Under the pieces are notes generated by a model, which was not told where the DNA came from, ran no database searches, and saw only the letters and a program-made list of their open reading frames with translations. Positions 37,808 through 47,330 of a stretch of DNA of 64,000 nucleotides are shown here, piece by piece. The translations under genes and the position numbers were made by a program. Positions within the stretch are counted from its first letter, which is position 1; each line of letters opens with the position of its first letter. The stretch comes from Clostridia bacterium (GTDB taxonomy: Bacteria; Bacillota; Clostridia; Oscillospirales; CAG-272), in contig JAFTNJ010000039.1 in the NCBI GenBank assembly GCA_017451915.1, forward strand, positions 87,532-151,531. Reading direction: 5' to 3'.

Positions 37808-38491
37808 ATGAAAATTACCTGGCTTGGACAGGCCGGTCTTTTGTTTGAAACCGACGGCAAGAAGATCGTCATTGATCCTTATCTTTCCAATAACGTAACC
37901 ACCGTAAACCCCAAAAACTACCGACGGGTACCCGTAAACGAGGAGTTCCTGGCCCTCCGGCCCGACGTGATCATTTGCACCCACGATCACCTGGATCACG
38001 TGGACAAGGAGACCCTGAAATACTACTTTACCTCCGACGCCAAGATGCTGGTTCTTGCCCCCTCCAATGCCTGGGATATCCTGCGGCAGTACAAGGGCGA
38101 CAGCAACTACGTGCGCTTTAATCCCGGCACCACCTGGACCGAGGGAAAGGTAACCCTGCGCGCCGTGTACGCCGAGCATTCGGATCCCACCGCCATTGGC
38201 GTGATCCTGACCGCCGAAGGGCGCAACTACTACATCACCGGGGACACCCTTTACAGCGAGCGTGTGTTTGAAAGTCTGCCCGATCTGCCCTTGAAGGCTG
38301 TGTTCCTGCCCATCAATGGCGTGGGAAACAACATGAACGCCACTGACGCTTCGGCCTTTGCCGCCCGCACCGGTGCCACCTACGCCGTGCCCCTGCATTT
38401 TGGTCTTTTTGACAACCTGGATCCGCACGCCTTTACCCATCCCCGCCGCGTGATCCCCGAATTTTATCAAGAGATCTGCTTTGAGGATTAA
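37808..38491 (+). CDS. MBL-fold hydrolase (UlaG-like lactonase)
   Basis: WLGQAG, IDPYLS, THDHLDH, TGDT, LPING...NM, PLHFG. Confidence 0.8.
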   Translation: MKITWLGQAGLLFETDGKKIVIDPYLSNNVTTVNPKNYRRVPVNEEFLALRPDVIICTHDHLDHVDKETLKYYFTSDAKMLVLAPSNAWDILRQYKGDSNYVRFNPGTTWTEGKVTLRAVYAEHSDPTAIGVILTAEGRNYYITGDTLYSERVFESLPDLPLKAVFLPINGVGNNMNATDASAFAARTGATYAVPLHFGLFDNLDPHAFTHPRRVIPEFYQEICFED

Positions 38492-38508
38492 GGATCCCCG
38501 CAAGTAAA

Positions 38509-38552
38509 AAAGAAAGAGCGCAGCCGTGAGAAAATTCATGGCTGTGCTCTTT
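38509..38552. repeat. palindromic terminator-like direct repeat, copy 1
   Basis: aaagaaagagcgcagccgtgagaaaattcatggctgtgctcttt; near-identical copy at 39590-39632. Confidence 0.75.
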
Positions 38553-38716
38553 GTTCTTTTCTAAACGGATTTGGACTTGGGAGGATAAAAAACGCCTTAA
38601 AAACACGAAAAAAGGAAAACGCAACCCAAAGTTGACAAAAAAGAACGCCAAAAGTGATTGCGTTTCCTTCCATTTTGGAGTACAATAGGAGCAACAAAAA
38701 AACAAGGAGGGTATTT

Positions 38717-39487
38717 ATGACCACAGGAACAAAACTCATCATCCTTCGCAAAAAGGCAGGATATTCACAAGAGCAGTTGGCCGAGCTTTTGGAGGTTTCA
38801 CGCCAATCGGTGAGCAAATGGGAGAGCGATCTGGCCTATCCCGAAACCGAAAAGCTGATTAAGCTGGGAGTATTATACGGATGCTCTATGGATTACTTAT
38901 TAAAGGAGGACGTGTTAGAGGATTCCGCCGCCAACGCCCCCGTTTCCCATGACAAGCAGCCCCCGCGCTCCCCTTCCTTTGAATGGAAAAGCAAGCGAAC
39001 ACTGGCGGGGATTCCCCTGTGCCATGTCAATTTGGGCCTGGGGCGGTCGGCCAAGGGGATCATTGCCATTGGGCTTGCCGCCAAAGGGGTGATCTCTCTT
39101 GGCATCTTCTCGATGGGGATTCTTTCCTTTGGCGTCTTTTCCCTGGGTCTGCTATCCTTGGGAGCATTGGCCCTGGGAGGTCTGGCGGCAGGAGCGCTTG
39201 CCGTAGGCATACTTGCCTTTGGTGGCATCTGCTTGGGAATCATTGCCGCGGGCGGCGTAGCCATTGGCTGTTTTTGCGCCGGTGGACTTGCTGTAGGCGG
39301 GTATTTGGCCATTGGCGACTACGCCTACGGAGATTGCGCCTTAGGTGTTACAAAAATGGTTGCACGGGAAATGGGCTCCTGCCCGTTTTATGGCGAAGAT
39401 CTGAAGGATGCAGCGCACTATTTGGACCGCGTCGTCCCCACGTATCTCTCCTGGGCAAAGGAAATTGTAAAGCGGTTTTTGCTTTAA
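38717..39487 (+). CDS. XRE-family HTH protein with Gly-pentapeptide hydrophobic C-terminal domain
   Basis: SQEQLAELLEVSRQSVSKWE; Gly every 5th residue over about 85 aa; GGAGGG RBS; CAAC-N5-GTTG dyad upstream (38622-38634). Confidence 0.85.
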   Translation: MTTGTKLIILRKKAGYSQEQLAELLEVSRQSVSKWESDLAYPETEKLIKLGVLYGCSMDYLLKEDVLEDSAANAPVSHDKQPPRSPSFEWKSKRTLAGIPLCHVNLGLGRSAKGIIAIGLAAKGVISLGIFSMGILSFGVFSLGLLSLGALALGGLAAGALAVGILAFGGICLGIIAAGGVAIGCFCAGGLAVGGYLAIGDYAYGDCALGVTKMVAREMGSCPFYGEDLKDAAHYLDRVVPTYLSWAKEIVKRFLL

Positions 39488-39589
39488 TATACTGCCGGAA
39501 ATCCATTTGGGGCGATGGATCATCTCAAACCAGTTGTTTACGCAGTATTCCCTGTAGGAACCGATGTCCTCAACGGTCTTTTAAAAACC

Positions 39590-39632
39590 AAAGAAAGAGC
39601 ACAGCCGCGAGAAACTCATGGCTGTGCTCTTT
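39590..39632. repeat. palindromic bidirectional terminator-like direct repeat, copy 2
   Basis: aaagaaagagcacagccgcgagaaactcatggctgtgctcttt between convergent genes. Confidence 0.75.
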
Positions 39633-39686
39633 CTTTTTGGGGAATTTTTTTGCGACACCGCATCGTCTTCCCCATGGACGCGTGGG

Positions 39687-40583
39687 TCACGGCTCCAGTA
39701 ATTGCAGAGCGTTCTCCCGGCAAATGTGTTGGTAGGCCTTGTGGGAAAGATTTCCGGTTTGGTAGGCGTCGTCCAGGAAATCCGTGAGGCGTTTTGCCGT
39801 ACCGTGGATGGTTTTTGGCGAGCTGATATCGGTGGCAAAGAGGATCTGCCCGTAAAATTCCTCCAAAAATCCGTAGGCAAATTCGGCGTCCCGGGTCAGG
39901 GCGTTCAGGCCGCTCTTGGCCGACAGATCGCAATAAAGATTTGGGTAACGTCGCAACAGCTCCGAGACCCGTCCCTCTCGCTCGATGCGTCCCGTGGGAT
40001 AGCCGTTGCGGTTTTCCTCGGTGACGTCGGCCCCGATCTCCGACCAAAAGGTCATGGCGTGGGCCAAGATCTTCAGATCCGGAAACTCCTGCAGGACTCT
40101 TTCCAAGCGCGGCAAGCCCAGATCGTCGGCCACACCGCAGCCCTCCCCCAGCCTTCCAAAATGAATGGTGACGGGAAGATCGCATTTTTGACAGTGATAA
40201 AACAGGTTCATCATGCGCGGGTCGTCGATGTACAAATTGGCCTGGAGCTCCCCCACGCCGCGCGCTCCCCGCTCCTTGAAAAAGTCCAGGTAATAGGAAA
40301 GATCGTCCCGAGGGGAGTTATTGGCCATGCGGGGATCCAGGGCGCAGAACCACCAGCCCAGGGTTTCGGGATAGGATTCCACCAAAGCCCGGGCATCCCG
40401 GGAGGTGATGGGATCGTGCATCCGCTCGGGAGCCAGGCGGGACATCTCCACGCCCTTCTCAATGCCCAGGGAATCGTAGGCCTCCCGCACCTCCGCGGGA
40501 GTGGGCCAGGTTCCGCCCCGCAGACGCTGGGGCCCTCCGGGAAATTGGGCGTGAACGTGCATATCAATTTTTGGAATTATCAT
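39687..40583 (-). CDS. amidohydrolase family protein (Amidohydro_2-like)
   Basis: IDMHVH, GVGE, PVTIH, ILAH, YCDLSA, LFATD. Confidence 0.8.
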   Translation of the reverse strand: MIIPKIDMHVHAQFPGGPQRLRGGTWPTPAEVREAYDSLGIEKGVEMSRLAPERMHDPITSRDARALVESYPETLGWWFCALDPRMANNSPRDDLSYYLDFFKERGARGVGELQANLYIDDPRMMNLFYHCQKCDLPVTIHFGRLGEGCGVADDLGLPRLERVLQEFPDLKILAHAMTFWSEIGADVTEENRNGYPTGRIEREGRVSELLRRYPNLYCDLSAKSGLNALTRDAEFAYGFLEEFYGQILFATDISSPKTIHGTAKRLTDFLDDAYQTGNLSHKAYQHICRENALQLLEP

Positions 40584-40600
40584 AGTCCTGATTCCTCCCA

Positions 40601-41377
40601 TCAAAGCGTAAATACCTCCCCGTCATTGCAAAATTCCACCCGGGGACAAATGGCACGGCATTGCTCCAGCATCCCGTTATAATCGTTGAGAATGGCCCGC
40701 CCGTGATGGAAAAACCGCAGGGCGGACACGGCGGGGTACTCCTCGGCTAGCCGTTGACAAACGGTTACGGGATGGTGATGTCCGGTTTCCATCAGGAGCA
40801 GATCGCACCCCTCCCGGAGCCACTCCGAAAGCTCGGAAAGATCCTTCACGTCCCCCGAATAAACGATTCTTTTTCCCTCTGCCTCGATCAAAAAGGAGAA
40901 GGATTGCCAAACACCGTTGGCGGGCTCCTTGAGGTGAAGATTGTGCCCCGCGGTCACCCGGATGGTGCCGTTGTCCAGAAGAACGCCGTCGGAGATGGGA
41001 TACGCAAGCGTTTGATAATCGTTGGCGTAGCCCCCCTCGGAGTTTTTCAGAATGGAGAGAACGCCGTTCCAGGTGTCCATATTGGGCATATATACGTGCA
41101 GATCCCCAAAGACGGGGGACTGCTTTTTGACACGGGTCAGCTTGCGCACCGTCCAGAGCAGATTGGCCAAGCCCCCCACGTGATCCATATGGGGATGGGA
41201 AATGAAGATCTCCGACACGCGCAACAGATCCACTCCCATGGTGTGGGCGGTGTGGGAGCAGCCCTCCCCCGCGTCAAACCAATACACGCGCCCGTCGATC
41301 TCCAGCGCCAGGGCGGTGTGATGCCGTCCGACATAAGGCTCGGTGCCCGAGCAGCTTCCAAAAACAAAGATCTTCAA
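40601..41377 (-). CDS. MBL-fold hydrolase (RNase Z-like)
   Basis: GSCSG, FDAGEG, ISHPHMDH, YSGD; TTG start after AAAGGAG. Confidence 0.8.
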   Translation of the reverse strand: MKIFVFGSCSGTEPYVGRHHTALALEIDGRVYWFDAGEGCSHTAHTMGVDLLRVSEIFISHPHMDHVGGLANLLWTVRKLTRVKKQSPVFGDLHVYMPNMDTWNGVLSILKNSEGGYANDYQTLAYPISDGVLLDNGTIRVTAGHNLHLKEPANGVWQSFSFLIEAEGKRIVYSGDVKDLSELSEWLREGCDLLLMETGHHHPVTVCQRLAEEYPAVSALRFFHHGRAILNDYNGMLEQCRAICPRVEFCNDGEVFTL

Positions 41378-41409
41378 AGCCGATCCACTCCTTTCCGTTT
41401 TCTGTCACC

Positions 41410-41438
41410 ATTATAGCACGCCCCCATCCCTTTGTCAA
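41410..41438 (-). promoter_or_regulatory. consensus sigma-A promoter
   Basis: TTGACA-17 bp-TATAAT with TG extension. Confidence 0.75.
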
Positions 41439-41480
41439 GAACCGCCGTGTACAAAGATGGAACCGGTTGTTTTTAAACCA

Positions 41481-41529
41481 AAAGCCACCCCCATGGATGC
41501 GTTTTCGCATAAACGGGGGTGGTTTTTTT
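41481..41529 (-). terminator. terminator after SGNH cluster
   Basis: AAAGCCACCCCC...GGGGGTGGTTTT stem. Confidence 0.65.
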
Positions 41530-41530
41530 G

Positions 41531-42691
41531 TTATTTGTTCAACAGGGTCTTGAGGTATTCGCTCAGCTCCCGGGCCATCTTTGCGGAGGTCTCAACGTTG
41601 GGATGGGTACCATCACCGCCAATGTCCTTGGAGGCCGCAGCGTTGGAAAGCTTGCAAACGTACAGATTCGCGCTCTCGCCGCCAAGCTCCTGAATAATGG
41701 TGGGAATCGCAGTGTTGTATTTTCCGCCCGAGGTATAGCCGACGAGGAGGACGATGGGAACCTCCTTGCCGTATTTCTCCCGCAACAGATGGATCATGTT
41801 AGTCAGCTCGGTTTTGAACAGGGGGGTGGTGGCGTTGGAGCCGTCATTGACGCCCTGCTCGATGATGACCGCGTCGGGAATCCGGGCAAAATCATACTTG
41901 GGAATGCCGGGCAACAGATAGCCCGAGGGATCGTTGGTGGGAAGGCTGTACTGCGCGCCGCAATATTCCATCACGTCCTTCATCCAAAAGCTACGCTTGT
42001 TTTTAGTCAGACCGATACCGCCGCAGCCGATCAAGCTCATATCGGCATTCATCAGCTCGGCAGTCACCCAACCAAAGGCCTGCGTGGAATCCGAATTCTC
42101 CACGCTGCTTCCTCCCATGCGGACGTTGGAGCCGTTGAGGATGCTATCGCCGTAAAACTCCAAAAAGAGATCCCTATCCTTGGGCTTTTCCAGGAAATTG
42201 CCGGTGATCTGAACGCTCTCAAAAGCGGCGTTGCCCCAGATAAACTGCGTTGCGTCCACGATGCGAAACTCATGTACTCCCCGCTCCAATCGGTGGGCAA
42301 CGGTAATATAGCTACCGTCCCCATCGGTAATGATGGGCTCGATCAGAACACGGACGCCGTCCACGTAGACGGTAAAGCGGACCTTTCGCTCGGTACGGAT
42401 CCGAATCTTGACGCTGCCCTCACATTCGGCAACAAAGTGAATACCCGAGCAGGCAAAATCCATTTGCAACCAACCGTCCTTAACGTAGGTGCGTCCCAGG
42501 GTACGAAAAACGTCGTCCAAATGCTCGGCCACGTTCAGCGTTTGCTCCTCCAGGGGCAAGGGCTCGGCCGTGGGAGCTTGGGTGGCGGCTCCGCTCTGTC
42601 CGGAGGGGTTTACCGGCCCCGCGGGGGTGCTTTGACAAGCCGTGGTCATAAGCATAATCACGCCCAAAAGGAGTAGCAAAAAGCGTTTCAC
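41531..42691 (-). CDS. CE2-like SGNH/GDSL esterase lipoprotein, paralog 1
   Basis: Lipobox TTAC; P/T linker; RTLGR; EFYGDSI; QGVND; DGTHP. Confidence 0.8.
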   Translation of the reverse strand: MKRFLLLLLGVIMLMTTACQSTPAGPVNPSGQSGAATQAPTAEPLPLEEQTLNVAEHLDDVFRTLGRTYVKDGWLQMDFACSGIHFVAECEGSVKIRIRTERKVRFTVYVDGVRVLIEPIITDGDGSYITVAHRLERGVHEFRIVDATQFIWGNAAFESVQITGNFLEKPKDRDLFLEFYGDSILNGSNVRMGGSSVENSDSTQAFGWVTAELMNADMSLIGCGGIGLTKNKRSFWMKDVMEYCGAQYSLPTNDPSGYLLPGIPKYDFARIPDAVIIEQGVNDGSNATTPLFKTELTNMIHLLREKYGKEVPIVLLVGYTSGGKYNTAIPTIIQELGGESANLYVCKLSNAAASKDIGGDGTHPNVETSAKMARELSEYLKTLLNK

Positions 42692-42709
42692 AGCGTCATT
42701 CTCCTCCCA

Positions 42710-43918
42710 TTATTTTTTCAAAATCGTCTTGAGGTATTCGCTCAGCTCTGTGGCCATCTTCTTGGTGCTCTCCACACCGGGGTGGGTTCCGTCGCCGCCG
42801 GGAACGACGGTCTTGGACGCCGCGTCGGAAAGCTTACAAATATAAAGATTTGCGCTCTCGCCGCCCAATTTCTCAACGATCTTGGGAAGGGCGGTGTTAT
42901 AGGCCGCGTTGGGCCTGGAATATCCTATGGGGAATACGATCGGCACGTCAGCACCGTACTTGGAGCGCAGATTGTCAACCATTTCCTTCACCGCGTTCTC
43001 AAAGGCCTGGGTGGAGGCGTTGTTTCCATCGTTCACACCCTGCTCAATGATGATGGCGCTGGGAACACGGGAGAAATCCCACTCGGGAATACCGGGCAAC
43101 AAATGCTCGGTCTTGCTGGTACTGAACGCACTGTAACGCGCGCCCGCATAGTTCACCAGATCCTTCATTACAAAGCTACGGCTGTTTGTGGTCAGACCAA
43201 TGGAGGAGCAACCGATCAGAGCCATGTCGGCGTTCATCATCTCGGCGGTGACAAAGCCAAAGGCCTGCGTCGCGTCGGAGGCGTTGATGCCGCCGCCGGC
43301 AACGAGAACATTGGAGCCGTTGAGGATACTGTCACCGTAGAACTCCAGATAGAGCTCACGATCCGCGGGCTTATCCAAAAAGACGCCCTTGACCGTTACG
43401 TTTCCAATCGAACCGTAGGTCCAGATGAATTGGGTCTGGCTGATCAGACGGAAATCATGCTCACCGCGAGGCAGATCTTTGGCGATGGTAAAATACTGAC
43501 CGCTGTTGGAGGAGGTCACCTGCAAGCGCAGATCGCTGCGCACGCCGTCTACATAGATGGTAAAGCGGGTATCTTTGGCAGAGTTGATCTGCACCTTGAC
43601 GTCGCCCTCGCAGTGGGCAGCGAAGTGAATACCGCCGCAAGCAAAGTCGATGTTAAAAAGATTGTCCTTAACGTAGGTTCTGCCAAGAGCACGAAACACG
43701 TCGCTCGTATGCTCGGCCACGTTCAGGGTGGTTTCGGTCAGGGGCTTGGTGGGATCCTGCCACTCCTCGGTAGGAGCCTCGGTGGTGGGGGTCTCGGTGG
43801 TGGGAGCTACGGTGGTCTGCCCTGCCGTGGTTCCGTTTCCGGCCGTTCCGGTTTGACAGGACACGGCACTCAGGATCATCAGCGCGCTCAAGAGCACCAA
43901 AAGAAGCTTCTTTTTCAT
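42710..43918 (-). CDS. CE2-like SGNH/GDSL esterase lipoprotein, paralog 2
   Basis: Lipobox AVSC; PTTE repeats; EFYGDSI; QGVND; DGTHP. Confidence 0.8.
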   Translation of the reverse strand: MKKKLLLVLLSALMILSAVSCQTGTAGNGTTAGQTTVAPTTETPTTEAPTEEWQDPTKPLTETTLNVAEHTSDVFRALGRTYVKDNLFNIDFACGGIHFAAHCEGDVKVQINSAKDTRFTIYVDGVRSDLRLQVTSSNSGQYFTIAKDLPRGEHDFRLISQTQFIWTYGSIGNVTVKGVFLDKPADRELYLEFYGDSILNGSNVLVAGGGINASDATQAFGFVTAEMMNADMALIGCSSIGLTTNSRSFVMKDLVNYAGARYSAFSTSKTEHLLPGIPEWDFSRVPSAIIIEQGVNDGNNASTQAFENAVKEMVDNLRSKYGADVPIVFPIGYSRPNAAYNTALPKIVEKLGGESANLYICKLSDAASKTVVPGGDGTHPGVESTKKMATELSEYLKTILKK

Positions 43919-43949
43919 AACGGTTGTTCCTTTCTTTTCTGTTTGTATT

Positions 43950-45134
43950 TTATTTGTTTAACAGATCCTTCAAAAATGCGGTCAGCTCGGCGGCCATCAC
44001 CTCCGAGGTGGCCACGTTGGGATGCGTTCCGTCACCGCCGTCGGCCTTGGCAACCGAGGCGTAGGAGAGCTTGCAAACGTAGAGGTTGGCGTCCTCCCCG
44101 CCCAAGCCATTCAGCAGGGTGGGAACCACGCTGTTATAGGCTCCCGAGGAGTACCCCGTGAGGTAAACGATGGGAACGTCCTTGCCGTATTTCTCCCGCA
44201 GATGGTTGACCAGGTTGGTCAGCTCGGTCTTAAAGACCGTTTTTTCGGCGTTGCCGCCGTCGTTGGTTCCCAGGGCAATGATCACCGCGTCGGGGATGCG
44301 GGCAAAATCGTAGAGGGGAATGTCCTCCATAAGCAGTACGCCGTTCTTATCGGCTCCGCTGCTATATTGGGCACCGCAATGGTGCAAAATGTCCTTCATG
44401 ATAAAGTTGCGGTTGTTGCAGGTCAGGCCAATGGCCGAACAGCCCACACCGCTCATGTCGGCGTTCAGTGCCTCGGCGGTAAGCCAGGCGTAGGACTTGG
44501 TGGAATCGGTGGTATGAACGCTGGTTTCGCCCATATAAACGTTGGCTCCGTTGGAGATGCTATCGCCGTAAAACTCCAAAAAGAGCTCCCGCTCCGCCGG
44601 CTTTTCACAAAATTCGCCCTGAATGGTGATCTCGCCCAGGGATGCCTGGGTCCAGATGAACTGGGTCTGGTTCACCAATCGGAACTCGTGTACCCCGGGC
44701 TCCAGGCCGCGGGCGATGACAAAGCTTTGTCCGCTGAGGGTTTTATCCACGTACAAACGGGTAGACGAAAGCTCGCCGTCGATGTAAATGGAAAAATAGT
44801 TGGCGGCCACCACGCGCGCGGGATTGACAAAGATCTGTACCGATACCACGTCCTTGCAATCGGCTACGAAATGGATCCCCGTATTGGAGAAATCCAGGTA
44901 GAGCCGATCCTCCTTGACGTACGTGCGTCCCAGGGTGCGAAAGACATCGTCCAGATGCTCGCTCACCTTCAGGGTTTGGTAGTTGTATTCCTTGGGTGCC
45001 TGGGTGGTGGCGGGGGTGGTAGCCACGGCGGTCTGCCCTGCCGTGGTAGTGACGGGCTCCGCAGAGGGGCCTTGACAAGAGATCGCAGAAAACATCATAA
45101 GCATACTCAAAGCAACGTAAAGAATTCGCTTCAT
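43950..45134 (-). CDS. CE2-like SGNH/GDSL esterase lipoprotein, paralog 3
   Basis: Start MKRILY after GAAGGAA; lipobox AISC; EFYGDSI; LGTND; DGTHP. Confidence 0.8.
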   Translation of the reverse strand: MKRILYVALSMLMMFSAISCQGPSAEPVTTTAGQTAVATTPATTQAPKEYNYQTLKVSEHLDDVFRTLGRTYVKEDRLYLDFSNTGIHFVADCKDVVSVQIFVNPARVVAANYFSIYIDGELSSTRLYVDKTLSGQSFVIARGLEPGVHEFRLVNQTQFIWTQASLGEITIQGEFCEKPAERELFLEFYGDSISNGANVYMGETSVHTTDSTKSYAWLTAEALNADMSGVGCSAIGLTCNNRNFIMKDILHHCGAQYSSGADKNGVLLMEDIPLYDFARIPDAVIIALGTNDGGNAEKTVFKTELTNLVNHLREKYGKDVPIVYLTGYSSGAYNSVVPTLLNGLGGEDANLYVCKLSYASVAKADGGDGTHPNVATSEVMAAELTAFLKDLLNK

Positions 45135-45245
45135 ACCGTTCCTTCCCTTTTGTTGGATTTGGAATGACGGCGGGGCAAGCACATCCTGCCGTTTTGGGGT
45201 CGAATATTGGGGAAAATGCGCGAAAAAACGCACACGTACCGCAAA

Positions 45246-45947
45246 TTACGGAGACATGAGGTTGATAAAGTTATCCATAAGCTGGAGCAGATCGGGGAGC
45301 AGCCAGCACAGCAGTGCCGCCAAAACGAAGGCCCCCACCACCGACAGCAGGAAGAGTCCCCAGCCCGAGCCCTTGCGCTCAAAACGAACCTCCGCGCGGT
45401 AGCGCAGCTCCTCGGGAAGATAAAACCGTGCCGTGGTATAATCGGGACGGAAGCGTCTGGGCTCGAATGCGGACGCGGGCTTTCCGGCCGCCAGATGGGC
45501 CTCCTTACGGGCCTGTTCCCCGGCCAGGAACTCCTCCTCCTGCACACAGCGGATCACCTTGCGCAGGGTGACGCCCCTCCACAGCTCCGACCGAATGGAG
45601 GAGCTGCGGAAATAGCCAAGCTCGGAGAGCGTCAAGGCGGTTTCGGGACTGTTTGCCCCGGACTTGACCAGCTTGCGGACGAATCCCCCAAGCACCGAGC
45701 GGGTATAGGCGGTCATGCCCGCGGCAATGACAATGCCAAAGGCCAGGGCAATAAAGATGGTTTGCAGAGTGGCGGCGGCGTCACTCCCCAGGGTAAAGTT
45801 GTCGTAGGCGCCAAGCTCCACGGTAAAATAACGCTCTTTCAAAAAGGTCAGCAGCTCGTGGATCACGGAATTGCGATACCACACCGAAAGCTTTTCCCAA
45901 AAGGATTCGCTTCCCGCGCTGAACAAAACAGCGGTCATAGAATACAT
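45246..45947 (-). CDS. hypothetical membrane protein
   Basis: AAAGGAG RBS; two hydrophobic segments; no family recognised. Confidence 0.6.
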   Translation of the reverse strand: MYSMTAVLFSAGSESFWEKLSVWYRNSVIHELLTFLKERYFTVELGAYDNFTLGSDAAATLQTIFIALAFGIVIAAGMTAYTRSVLGGFVRKLVKSGANSPETALTLSELGYFRSSSIRSELWRGVTLRKVIRCVQEEEFLAGEQARKEAHLAAGKPASAFEPRRFRPDYTTARFYLPEELRYRAEVRFERKGSGWGLFLLSVVGAFVLAALLCWLLPDLLQLMDNFINLMSP

Positions 45948-45994
45948 AACATTCTCCTTTCGAATCAGATCACGGAGAGGAGGAAACAAGAGGA

Positions 45995-47275
45995 TTATTT
46001 CTTAATCACGTCCACGCCAAGGTACTTGCGCAGCACTTCGGGCACGGTTACGCTGCCGTCGGCGTTCTGGTTCTGCTCCACCAGGGCGGGGAAAATGCGG
46101 CTGGTGGCCAGACCCGAGCCGTTGAGGGTGTGCAAAAATTCGATCTTGCCGTTGTCGCGCTTTACACGCATCATGCCGCGGCGGGCCTGGTAATCTCTGG
46201 CATTGGATACCGAGGAAACCTCCTTGTAGCCGTTCATGGAAGGAATGTTGATCTCAATATCGTAGGTGCGTGCCATGGAGGCCGAGCAGTCCTCTGCCGC
46301 CAGCTTAACGGTGCGGAAGTGGAAGCCCAGACCCTTGACCAGGTTCTCGGCGTTGGTGACCAGCTCCTCAAAGGCCTCGTCGCTCTTTTCGGGCAGGGTG
46401 TACTGCACCATTTCCACCTTGTTGAACTGGTGACCGCGCACCATGCCTCTCTCGTCGGCACGGTAGGAGCCGGCCTCGCGGCGGAAGCAGGGGGTGTAGC
46501 TGATATACTTTTTGGGCAGATCGGCCTCGGTCAGGATCTCGTCACGGTGGAGGGAAACCAGAGCCGTCTCGGCGGTGGGAAGCATAAAGCGTCTTCTCTC
46601 GTCCTCGGCGGTCTCCATCCAGTACACGTCGTCCTGGAACTTGGGGAACTGGCCGGCGGTCAGACCGCACTCGTAGCCCAGCATATGGGGAACCAGCATG
46701 AGCTGATAGTTATTTCCAAGATGGAAATCAATGAAATAGTTGAGCAGAGCCCACTCCAGGCGCGCGCCCAGACCCGAATAGATCCAGAAGCCGTTGCCCG
46801 AAAGCTTTACGCCGCGCTTGTAGTCGATCAGACCCAGATCGGTGCAAAGATCCACGTGATTCTTGGGCTCAAAATCAAACTTGCGGGGCTCGCCGTAGTA
46901 GCGCAGGGGCTCGTTGTTCTCCTTGCCGCCCTCCTTCAGATCGGTGTCGGGCAGGTTGGGCAGACCCAGCATAAAGGAGGTGAGTTGGGTCTCCACTTCC
47001 TTGAGCTTATCGTCGTTGGCCTTGGTCTTGGCACCCAGCTCCTTCATTGCGGCAAAAATGGGAGCCAGATCCTTCCCTTCCTTCTTGTACTGAGGGATCA
47101 GCTTGTTGGTCTTGTTCTGCTCGGCCTTGAGTGCCTCGTTCTCAGCAATGATAGCACGGCGCTCGCCGTCCAGCTTCAGGATCATTTCAATGTCCTCTTT
47201 GGCATCCTTGCCCTTCTTGGCCAGGCGTGCAATCACTTCCTCGGGTTGTTCCTTGATATATTTAATGTCCAGCAT
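45995..47275 (-). CDS. serS: seryl-tRNA synthetase
   Basis: MLDIK, coiled coil, PTAE, CFRREAGS, RGHQFNKVE, EVSSVSN, TLNGSGLA. Confidence 0.97.
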   Translation of the reverse strand: MLDIKYIKEQPEEVIARLAKKGKDAKEDIEMILKLDGERRAIIAENEALKAEQNKTNKLIPQYKKEGKDLAPIFAAMKELGAKTKANDDKLKEVETQLTSFMLGLPNLPDTDLKEGGKENNEPLRYYGEPRKFDFEPKNHVDLCTDLGLIDYKRGVKLSGNGFWIYSGLGARLEWALLNYFIDFHLGNNYQLMLVPHMLGYECGLTAGQFPKFQDDVYWMETAEDERRRFMLPTAETALVSLHRDEILTEADLPKKYISYTPCFRREAGSYRADERGMVRGHQFNKVEMVQYTLPEKSDEAFEELVTNAENLVKGLGFHFRTVKLAAEDCSASMARTYDIEINIPSMNGYKEVSSVSNARDYQARRGMMRVKRDNGKIEFLHTLNGSGLATSRIFPALVEQNQNADGSVTVPEVLRKYLGVDVIKK

Positions 47276-47330
47276 GGGGATTCTCCTTTAAAATTGTTAA
47301 ATATTGGTAATTTTGTTAATAACTGGGATA

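Noticed and set aside
47276-47330. T-box leader expected before serS
   Set aside because: The gap is only 55 bp and contains no T-box motif
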